IMG/VR virus record: IMGVR_UViG_3300037762_000038
Coordinates: 257 to 64,256 of that record
DNA length: 64,000 nucleotides
Strand: one strand, 5' to 3'
Origin: a virus
Positions 1 to 9,400 of this stretch are shown piece after piece. Within the stretch, counting starts at the first letter, position 1. The number at the start of each line of letters is the position of its first letter. The translations under genes and the position numbers were made by a program. Below the pieces are notes generated by a model. It saw only the letters and a program-made list of their open reading frames with translations, did no database searches and was not told the origin of the DNA.

Positions 1-56
1 CGGCCGAATGTCCCGTGGTCCCCTGTCTCCAGCCGTTCGAGGACGACCGGCTTCAT
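1..56 (-). CDS. N-terminal end of a minus-strand gene that continues past the window start
   Basis: ATG at 54-56 (minus strand) overlaps the stop of the upstream ORF in an ATGA arrangement. Reads MKPVVLERLETGDHGTFG... with only 18 codons visible. Confidence 0.3.
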   Translation of the reverse strand, partial: MKPVVLERLETGDHGTFG

Positions 57-346
57 CGCGGGAACTCCTTCTGACGCTGCTCCATGATGCGTTTAAATGA
101 TTCTTTTGCCTTGCGCTCCTGCTCCGCCTTCACGCGGTCTAGTAGTTCCTGAGACGGCTGCGGACCTGCCACTGGAAGCGGCGCAGCGCCGACCGGTAGC
201 GGGGGTGTTGGGCTCGGGACCGAGCCTTCACCGTGCTCCGCGAGCGCCCGGGCGGTCTGACCGCTAATACCGGTCGAGCGTACACCGAACAAACTCTGGA
301 CGCGCTTTAGCGTGCTCAGGTCTTCAGCCACGAGGTAGCCTATCAA
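53..346 (-). CDS. hypothetical protein (97 aa), distal gene of the late operon
   Basis: ORF in the same orientation and tightly packed with neighbouring late genes. Pro-rich C-terminal half. No assignable motif. Confidence 0.45.
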   Translation of the reverse strand: MIGYLVAEDLSTLKRVQSLFGVRSTGISGQTARALAEHGEGSVPSPTPPLPVGAAPLPVAGPQPSQELLDRVKAEQERKAKESFKRIMEQRQKEFPR

Positions 347-611
347 TCAGTTCCACATGGGCCAGATGCATGTCTCTCCGGATAGCAGTGAAGCCCCCGT
401 TCATGTCCTCGCGAACCTTAGCGACTTCCTGAAATAACGCTACTACGTGCTCCCGTTGGCGAGTAAGTTCCACCTCGCTAGCCTTAGTCTTCACGTCATC
501 TTCGACCCGCTTGATGCGCGCATTGGTATCTCTGCGGACCCAACCAACCGCGGTGCCGAGGGCAGCGAGGGCGGTGCCGGCGATATACTTCATTGTTTCG
601 TTGTCGATCAT
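324..611 (-). CDS. small membrane protein with N-terminal TM helix followed by a charged coiled coil (type-II topology, i-spanin/Rz-like or holin-antiholin candidate)
   Basis: Hydrophobic segment KYIAGTALAALGTAVGWV near the N-terminus, then a charged helical region. Lies at the end of the virion operon where lysis genes often sit. Confidence 0.45.
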   Translation of the reverse strand: MIDNETMKYIAGTALAALGTAVGWVRRDTNARIKRVEDDVKTKASEVELTRQREHVVALFQEVAKVREDMNGGFTAIRRDMHLAHVELIDRLPRG

Positions 612-612
612 G

Positions 613-1524
613 TTATGCTTCCCTCCCGCGCCTGTCGATCCAGCCGCTTGTGTTGAGGCGAATCCGATCTGACGTGCCGCTAACGGAAACCCTCGAACGA
701 ATCTGTCCCGAGGTATTTGTCCTCACCACCGCAGTCCCGCCATGCTGCTGGTCAATTCCGCTGGCATTGAACAGGGTCGCCGTGTCGTTGATGACGTCCG
801 CCACCACGTCGTCAACGTCTAGTGGGGTCAGCAAGAAGTTAAATCCGGTGCTTGTTACAGCATCTATGATGAAAGAAAGTTTTGCGTCCACAACGATGCC
901 AATCGGCACAGTTAACGTGCGAGTCACCGCCGCCGTTCCCGGGTTGGTAGCGTCCACATCCTGTACCGAGCCGGCCTTCCAAGTGAAGTCGTCGCCCACC
1001 TGCACGAACGCCTTGATCGCGGCGCTCGCGCGAACGATAGAGCAGATGCGCCGCGCGTACAGGTAGTCCGCCCCGCCTGTTTCCGCCTGCAACGCGGTCA
1101 GCACCGTCGCGACCGTTGTGCTGGTGTGCGCGTAGAAGTCTTGTGTGCCGTCCGCCTTCGCTACGGCGTAGATGTGATACGTCGTGTCGGTGATCGCCGC
1201 CGCGGAATTGCGCATCCCTTGGTTCGTGCCAGCAGCCCATCCAGCATCCAACTGCTTTGTCATAGCTGCAGCTACGATGCTTATCGAATCCGTGCTGTCG
1301 CGACACTTGCCCGCCGCGATGTCGATGTCGTTCGTCGCGTCGGTGGTGTTGTTCGAAAGCGTCAAGCCAAAGAGGTAGCCGGGCGGGAGGGCCGGTACCG
1401 GAACAAGCTGGGTTTCCTCCCCCGCATCGTTCAGCACGTAGAACGTCCCATCGGTCTTTACATACAACGAAGCATACCCCGCGGCCGGGGTGCTGGGTGT
1501 TGCGCGCTCACCTAGTGTAATCAT
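613..1524 (-). CDS. tail fibre or receptor-binding-like structural protein (303 aa)
   Basis: Thr/Ser/Asn/Gly-rich beta-type composition typical of fibre tips. Located in the distal tail-fibre block. Confidence 0.5.
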   Translation of the reverse strand: MITLGERATPSTPAAGYASLYVKTDGTFYVLNDAGEETQLVPVPALPPGYLFGLTLSNNTTDATNDIDIAAGKCRDSTDSISIVAAAMTKQLDAGWAAGTNQGMRNSAAAITDTTYHIYAVAKADGTQDFYAHTSTTVATVLTALQAETGGADYLYARRICSIVRASAAIKAFVQVGDDFTWKAGSVQDVDATNPGTAAVTRTLTVPIGIVVDAKLSFIIDAVTSTGFNFLLTPLDVDDVVADVINDTATLFNASGIDQQHGGTAVVRTNTSGQIRSRVSVSGTSDRIRLNTSGWIDRRGREA

Positions 1525-1531
1525 GACTCGG

Positions 1532-1756
1532 TTACCCCACGATAGTCACCGACGAGGTAGCGGGAACCTTTAGCTCCCCGTCGTCGGTGATGGTTAGATA
1601 GCTGGAGTACACCCGGCTGGAGTTCGCCGTCAGTTCAGAGGTAACTCCGTCGATCAAGTTGCTCAGGTCCGCGCTCGATGCTCCCGGCAAAGTATCCCCA
1701 ACCGGTAGCTCCTGCAACCGACCGGTGATGACGACTAGAGGGCGACGCTCAGCCAC
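1532..1756 (-). CDS. hypothetical small structural protein (74 aa)
   Basis: Tightly packed ORF between fibre-like genes. Confidence 0.4.
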   Translation of the reverse strand: MAERRPLVVITGRLQELPVGDTLPGASSADLSNLIDGVTSELTANSSRVYSSYLTITDDGELKVPATSSVTIVG

Positions 1757-2275
1757 TTACGCGACCAAGATGCCGATGTTGCCCAAGTCCGACTCGATCT
1801 CGGTCGCCGAAATAGCCTTTCCGAGACGCTGCACTACGTTGCCGGAGGCCGACGGAGGCGTAGTTGCCACACCGACGCCGGGGGTCGTAGACAGGAAGTA
1901 TTGCGCTCCAAGAGTCAAGCTGGCGAGCGCGGTGTTGATCCCGCCGAAGAACACGGTCGCGTTAGCCGGCGCGGTCACGTTCGCGAGCACGAAGCCGTCG
2001 GCTTCCTTACCGGCTGCGGTCGCATCGGCCTTTCGGACCTTGAGCGTTCCGACATCGAGCCAGATGTTTATCCAGTCACCTGCGGCAAGGTTCTCACTCG
2101 ACGGGTGAATCTTCACATCCGGGCCGACACCGACCGGCAGCACCGTCACATCGAGCCTGCCCGTCGTGTCGAGCGCCACAACGTCACCATCGTTCGCGAC
2201 ACCGCTTGAGACCACCGTGGCTATGATCTCGGTGATTCGACCTGCTACGTTCCGTAGAAATTTCTTTGCAGCCAT
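1757..2275 (-). CDS. tail fibre-associated structural protein (172 aa)
   Basis: ORF in the fibre block with beta-rich, Gly/Val/Thr-rich composition. Confidence 0.5.
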   Translation of the reverse strand: MAAKKFLRNVAGRITEIIATVVSSGVANDGDVVALDTTGRLDVTVLPVGVGPDVKIHPSSENLAAGDWINIWLDVGTLKVRKADATAAGKEADGFVLANVTAPANATVFFGGINTALASLTLGAQYFLSTTPGVGVATTPPSASGNVVQRLGKAISATEIESDLGNIGILVA

Positions 2276-2285
2276 AGTGTCCTCC

Positions 2286-2864
2286 TCAGTTCAACATTGT
2301 GGGGGGTTCTTGCACGATCAGGATGCGAGTAGCCGTTTCAGCCACCGCTACTGGTTTTGAAAACACCGCCGGGCTGGCCGGGACAGCCTGAGTGAGTACC
2401 CCCTCAGCACCAACATAGATTGTACCATTGGGGGCCCATGACCACGAGGGCTCTGTGATCCGGCCAATCAACTGAACTTGCACGGGTTCCCCGAACAGCG
2501 CAGCGCCCAGTGTGATCTTGGTCGCCGCGTTGGCATGGGTCGGGTCAGTATTGTCGGCATGGATCGCCTGCCCGGAGGCGTTGGTCACGACCACCCGGTG
2601 ACCGTTCACCGTGGCTCCGGCAACGTAGGTCTCGACCGTGGTACCGCTTCCGCTGCCGGCGACCCCCGGGGGTCCCTGCGGCCCGACGGCGAGCACGTGC
2701 ACGCCGACGCGGGTCTCCTCGATCACCACGTGCTCGATTTTCTCCGTCTCCACAGAGGAGGTTTCGAGCAGACGTACAGCGACCTGCTCTGGACGCTCCA
2801 GTACGTGTACCTGCGGTACCGGGCTATCGACGCTGATCAGTTCAGTGGACAGCGGATTAGACAC
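2286..2864 (-). CDS. collagen-like repeat tail fibre protein (192 aa)
   Basis: Contains a Gly-X-Y collagen-like stretch GPQGPPGVAGSGSG, a common trimerisation element in phage fibres. Confidence 0.55.
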   Translation of the reverse strand: MSNPLSTELISVDSPVPQVHVLERPEQVAVRLLETSSVETEKIEHVVIEETRVGVHVLAVGPQGPPGVAGSGSGTTVETYVAGATVNGHRVVVTNASGQAIHADNTDPTHANAATKITLGAALFGEPVQVQLIGRITEPSWSWAPNGTIYVGAEGVLTQAVPASPAVFSKPVAVAETATRILIVQEPPTMLN

Positions 2865-3459
2865 GAGTCACCTCTTTCGAAAGCACAATCGCTCCGCCGA
2901 TCAACCGCGTCACTACTCCCGCGGCGCTGATCAGTTCGAGATCGTACACGGCGCTCCCGAAGTCGAATCCCTCAGTGGTAGCAGCCGGGATCAGGAGGTC
3001 AATCGTGCCTGCCACGCCTCCGAGCGCGATCCCACCATTCTCCGTCGTCAAGGTATGAATCGCCGTCGCCGAACTTAGAGTTCCGCGGATATCCATGCGT
3101 GCGGTGAACCCGGTCAGGTCTACTGGCGGGTGGTACAGCAACTCCCCACCCGAGATGTACACCGCGAACCGGGAGGAGTCCACGTTAAGCCGGATCGTGT
3201 TCGCGTCCACGAAGTAACCGAGATACGCCTTGCTGGGATTGCGCAGTTCGTCGGCACGATGGTTAATCTGATCCATCCCGAGAACGCCAACGATCCACAC
3301 TGGCCAGTCCACCGTGAGTCCATGGGCGGTAGCAGTAAGCACCGCCTGCCCGGACTTGGTGATCGCCGTGATCGCCTTAACGGAGAACTGCGGCTGCGAG
3401 AACTTTAGCTGCGGGTTAAACGTCGCGCCTTGTTGAATCGTGAAGTCATAGTTGCTCAT
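2857..3459 (-). CDS. structural protein (200 aa), fibre or baseplate-associated
   Basis: Tightly packed ORF immediately downstream of the giant virion protein gene. Confidence 0.5.
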   Translation of the reverse strand: MSNYDFTIQQGATFNPQLKFSQPQFSVKAITAITKSGQAVLTATAHGLTVDWPVWIVGVLGMDQINHRADELRNPSKAYLGYFVDANTIRLNVDSSRFAVYISGGELLYHPPVDLTGFTARMDIRGTLSSATAIHTLTTENGGIALGGVAGTIDLLIPAATTEGFDFGSAVYDLELISAAGVVTRLIGGAIVLSKEVTRV

Positions 3460-6400
3460 TGTACATCCTCCAGTCCAAGTGCCGTTTCGGATGACCCACG
3501 GAGGGCCTTCGGCAGGGTGAGTAGGGTCCGCTGGTTAAGCGGCAAACTTGCCAGTTGCACCTGACGCCGCACACTCGATGCGCTGACAGCCATCGGCATC
3601 TGCGGGTAGATTTGGTTCCATTCGGTGATCAACGCCACGATGTCCTGCATCCTTGCGGTGTCGCCCTCGCGCAGCGCCTTGGCGAGGTCGCTGGTCAGGT
3701 CCACCTTGACGCGGGAGTAGAACGCCGAGGTCTGTCTGTCGATCATGTCGGTCGTGTACGCCTTCGCGAGCGCGGCCGGCGAGAAGCCCAGCGACTGCCA
3801 GAATGCCTCGAACCCGCTGATGTCCACCAGACGACGACCGCCGATGTCCGTCGCGTAGCCCTTCTCCCACTGCTGCCAGCCCTTCACCATGTTCTGCGCA
3901 GAGAGCGGCAGCGCCTGACGTGCGGCCTCGGTGAAGTTCCCGCGGCTGAGCGAGTCCACACCGCCGGCCACGCCCTCGATCAGCGCTCCCACCGGTCCCA
4001 GCACGTCGCTGAGCACCCGCTTGTAGTCCGCATCGGCCGCGCCGAGGCGTGTGCCCGGGATCAGGTTGCCGAGCCCGACGCGGCTCGCGAAGCTCATACC
4101 GGTCAGTTCGTTCGCCATGCCGTGGAGCAGGACGCTCGATAGGTCCGCGCCCACGATGGCCTCGCTCGCGCTCTTGAGCACGTTGCGCATCGCGCGCTTG
4201 GTGTTGAACGGCGAGCCGAAGAACCGCTGGGCGATCACGTCGATAATGTCCTCGATGTCCTCGACGAACGGCAGCCCTTCGAGGCCCGACATCATCACAT
4301 ACGAGAGCATCATGTACACCGCGGCCGTCTTGTTGGTCTTCATCAGGTGCGCCATCAACTCGGTCGCGAAGATCGGGTAGGTCTTGAACACGAAGAATAG
4401 CGAGCCCACGTTGCTGCGCGCGAGCGCCGGACGGTTCGCCTCGTCGTAGCGGAAGTGCGTCGAGTACACCGCGTCCTGCGCGAGCTTGTACGCTTGATCG
4501 TTCGTCAGTCCCTTCTCCTTGCCGATCCGATAGGTGGCCGTGAAGGCTGTGACGCGGTTGAACTGCTCGGACAGCCGGAACGGCAGCATCCATGCACGCA
4601 CCGCGCCCTGCACCCGGCCCGAAAGCGAATACTCCTGCCCGCGCGAGAGGCCCATGATCTGGAAAATCTCAGTGTCCAGAATTGTTCCGTCCTGCGCGGC
4701 GATCTGGAGCGCGCGGCGCAACCCTTCCACGTTGTCGATGCCTTCCATCGGTACGCTGAGGTCGAGGAGCTTCGGCAGGTCTCGGATCACCCCGAGATGC
4801 TGCGTAGCCAGCTTTGCCGAGCCGATGACCTTCGCCAGCGCGTCGGTGTAGCTCGTGTGCTGGGTCAGCCACGGTACGGTGTTCATCGGCAGCGCGGTCA
4901 TGTTGACCATCATCGCCGCCGCGGACCCGCCGAGGAAGTGGGCCGACGCCGCCATGCGCAACCCGCGCGAGATCGGGTTCGCTTGGTTCGGCGTCAGGGT
5001 GAAGTCGAGGGTCTTGTCGGCGAGGTTGCGATAGAAGCCCGCACGCTCCCCGTCCAGTTCCCACATGTTGCGCTCGTAGGTATTGATCTCTACTTCACCG
5101 GTCGGAGTGAACTGAACTTGCACCTCCTTGCCGTTCAACGAGTCGTTCATGGCCTGCCCAAGCTCGGAGTAGGCGATCTTGTTCGCCATCGTCACACCAA
5201 ACTCCGCGAGTACGCGCATGCCGTCCGGACTGTAGCCGGCAACGTCCTTGCGGCGGAAGATGCGGTTGCGGCGGGTACTGTCGGCCGCGATCAACGCCTT
5301 CCCGATGCGTTCCTTCTCGGATTGCGTCAAGTTGATCCCGTGTCGGCGGGCGATGTCGAGGAACTGGCCGAATGAGATCGACCCGTCGTAGTCGGCACGA
5401 TAGCGGAATCCGTACTCGAAGGTCAGCCCCTCGTCCGGCAGAAGCTGTTTCAACTCGTTAAGCTCGGTACGCGCATCGGCCTCACGCTCGTGCTGGGTGT
5501 AATACACGGTAATCTTCTTGCCATCCGGGCCCACCACGTAGGCATGCACCACGTGGTCGCCGTAGCGGCGCTCGGGGAAGTAGCCCTCATTCTTCAGGCG
5601 CTGCACCTGTTCGAACCTTTCCGAGAACCACTGGGAGAACTGTTCGTCATTCGCGAACAGCGTACGGTAGGTGGCGGCATCGGCCTTCAATTCAGCGTCA
5701 AGCTCGAACGCGATCATGGTTGTGGCCTGATCGAACATCGCGCGCTGCTTATCGGTGAGCCCTTGACGCAAGCTCATGTACTCCGGCGAGGTCGTCGTCC
5801 ACGCGTTCTCGGTGCGCTTCAGGAGTGCCGCGGTCGCCACGGCCTTGTCGCCCTGCGTGCCCGCGCCCGGCCCAGTCCACTCAGACAGGCGGCGCTCCAC
5901 GGCGTCGGCGATCAGCCGGCTCTTACGCTGGGTATACGAGGTCATCGTGTTGAACACGTTCTTGTAGCCCGCGCTGTGGCGCGCAAGGTTCAGACCCGAG
6001 GACAGGTGCTCGGAGTAGAACCGCTTCAGGCTGCCGAGCGCGCCCTTAGCCTCGGCGGTCGTTGTGCCCATGATCGAATCGCGTAGGCCGGTCGGCGTCG
6101 AAGGATGATCCACTGCCTCGGCCCACATAGCGTTCAACTGGGTGCGCGGCAGTTCGCCCTCGCGCACGCGCTGAGCGACATCGGCCAGCGACGCGGCGCG
6201 CGAGTAGAAGGTAAGCTCGCCCTGCGTGACCTTGCCGAACGCGATGTCATCGAACAGCCCGGCCTGCACCTCAAAGTCGAAGTCCAGACGATTGAGCGGC
6301 AGCGTGCCATCGGACACGTCGCGGAATCCTTCGGCGTAGCTATAGTTCGCGGCGTCGAAGTTCGCTTTGCTGAACGGCACTGTGAGCGACAGGCGAATCC

Positions 6401-9400
6401 AGTTCACCATGTAGTCGAACTCGTGCTTCGGCTTCAGCTTGTAGACCGTCGGCCGACCGCCCCTGCCCATCAGGTCCGTACGGACAGTGGCCGGCGCGAG
6501 GGTACGTGTAAACCACCCGGCGTCGATACCTTGCTTGCGAGCGAGCGAACGGGTCATGTTGCCACGAGCCTTGATCGAGACCCATACCGCGGCCTGCACT
6601 TGATCGGGGGCGATACCCATTTCGTTCGCGAGGCGTTTGATCTCCGCGTCGGCCCACCAGTAATTGGCGTCGGTCAGCTTGCCTTCCTTCGATCCGAAGC
6701 CGAAGATGTGGGACATCCACATGTCGATGGTCGCGTCCTGCGACTCAGCCGGATAGGCTACTGGATCGATGCTAAGCATCAGGTTCTTGAAGAATGAGGT
6801 GATCTTCGGCGCGTTGTCCGGGTTCCCGGGCAGCGTGTACTTGTCGAGGTAATCGCGGTGGCCCGTGCCGTCGAGAATCTTGTTCCCGTACTCGGCCTGA
6901 TGGCGCGTGCCCCCCGCGTCGATCTTCTGGCCGGCTTCCCACTGCGCGTAGTGCTGGACCGCATGGCGCAGGTCTTGACCGACCGGTGTGCGCGGCGAGT
7001 ACATCGCCACGAGCGACGCGAGCTTTCCGGCTTTCGCCTTGTCGTTGCCAGCCCACGCGAGGATCGCCTGCGCCGAGCGACGGTACCAGTCCTTCGCCGC
7101 GTCACCCTCGGAGGTCAGCCCCTTCAGGAGCCGACGCATCTTCACGAGGTCCGCGGGCGTCTTGATCCATGCGGGACGACCCTTCGCCTTCGTCGCTGCA
7201 TCGCGGTTGCGGTGGAGCAGGGCTCCGGTCGGGATCGCGTCGGGCTCAATGGACTCGATGTAAGACGTGTCTACCGTACCAGAACGCATGCCTTGTAGCT
7301 CCCGGCGCGCGTAGTCGCCCTTCTCGATGGCGAAGAAGATGTCCTCGTACGACGTGAACCCAATCCCGGTGACGTAGTTGTTAATCCGCTCCAGCAGGCG
7401 GCGTAGAGCAGCGAAGACGCGCTGGACCACGCCAGTAACTTCAAGCTCGCCGCGTTTCCAGAACTCGAAGCCGTACGCGCGAGCCTCGGCTGGCACGGCG
7501 TTGATCTCGTCGGCGAGCGCGGTACCATTCTTGCGGTCGTATGCACGGGCCTTCTCCATCAGGAGCGCGTGCAGCGGTCCGCCGTTAGCGAATGCCTCGC
7601 GCACCATGCGGCGCTCAGGTCCGGTGAACACGCGCGCTTCGAGGTAGTGGTACCCTTCGTGCGCGGCCACGCTCAGGATGTCCTTGGCGTTCATTGAAAG
7701 CTCGATCACCGCGCGTGCCTTCGAGAGCCGCAACGCACCGACGCCGCCGGCTAGGTCCTCGACCAGTCGCACCTCCAGTTCCTTCGGCGTGCCGAGAATG
7801 GACTCCAAGTAACTGAACACACGCTCACCCTTGTCCTCCATCGTGCGGTTCATGCGATCCACCGCGGCGGCTCGCGACTGCGTGGGCTCCCTCAGCAACC
7901 GATCCCACAGCGAGCGCGGCAGCACGTCCACCTTCTGTGCCGCGAACGCACGCTGGGCCTGCGGCAGTCCTTCGTTCGCATCGCTGAAGTTGACCCATGC
8001 GTTCTGGCCGATGTTGTCCACGATCAGCGCCGGCAGGGCCTTCTCGCTGTACATCTGCGCGTGCATGCGGGTCGCGTTAAGCTCCCCGTTCGGCCCGAAC
8101 TCAAAGCCCGTGCGCGCGTGCGCGAACAGGTCGTGCACCGCGCGGCCCCGGAAAACCTGCTCGGGGTTACGGTACGGATGCGGGTCCCCGCCCTCGAACA
8201 CCCACAGGTGGTTATTGCCGAACACGTCCGCGCGCATCGCGGCACTGTCCTTGTAGGGCTGGCCCTCCTGTCTCCACGGCTCGATGGCGATATGCTTCGA
8301 GACCATGTTGAACATCTGCTCCTCCTCCAACGCCATCGCGTCGAACGCGTCCTTGATGGCGGGGTCGGGATTCAGGTCCTGAAGCTGGTCGTAGGCCCGA
8401 GCGATCTGCTTGCCCATCACCGGGTCCATCGGGATGTAGCTAAGCTCCTGAATCGGCGGCAGGCCATTCGCGGCGTTGTATTCCTGCGCCACATCGAACA
8501 GCGGGTGACCGAGGTTAATCGTCGTCAGCGTGCGCAGGTCGAGAATCGCGATCTGGTCCGCCTCGCGGCCGAGACGTAGAGCGGTGCGCAAGTCAGGCAC
8601 CGAGCGGGCCACATCGAGATAGGTCTGATTAGTGTCCGGGTCATACCACGTACCCATCAGGTAGGTATCGGTCGAGAGCAGGTCGTCGTTTGCGCGGATG
8701 TAGCTGGCGATGGACGCGGGATGTGGCTGCCCGAGCAGCACGACCTCACGTTGTTTAAACGTACTCACCGTGTAGCCGTTGGTCCCGGCCGCGTCGCGCC
8801 CACTGTTAAGGTACGTGGATGATCCACCAGTCGCGAGATGGCGTTGGTGAATCTCTTTCGCCCGGGCGTTGATCGTTTCGTCCGGCATCGACAGGAGCAC
8901 CCGGTCGAACAGGTTGTTCGATACATGCTTCACCGGCTGCGGCGTGAAGATGCGCAGTTGCCCGTCGCCGTACAGGATGGCATCGTAGCCGAGGTCCTTG
9001 ACCTTCTTGTCATACAGCGACCACGTGAGATGCTCGTTGCTGCCGTACTTAACAGCGATCTCGCGACGAGCCTCAGCGAGTAGCGGGTCGGCTCCGTTCG
9101 CCACGTACACCTTGTCGGCGGGAATCGCGCCCTCGTACTGCTTGCGTTCGGTCACTCCGGTCTCACGGAAGGCGGTGCCCTTGACCACGGCAGAGGTATA
9201 GGTCACACCGACGGTGCGCGCTGGCTGCCAGTCCTCGCCTCGACGCCCTCGACCCATCGCGTTCGGGTCCGTCACGCCACCGGGTACTTCACCCCAGTGG
9301 GTGAACTCGACCATCGGCACGGTGGGCTTCGCCGCGGCCTTACTGAACAGCGTCTCCTGACGCGGCAGGCCGGTCACGTCCTCACGCCCGCGCAGAGGTG

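Noticed and set aside
324-611. Calling a complete holin-endolysin-spanin cassette at the left end
   Set aside because: Only a type-II membrane protein and small ORFs are visible, and the adjacent gene is truncated by the window start. The SleB-like hydrolase lies elsewhere (42199), so the lysis gene set cannot be resolved from this window alone.
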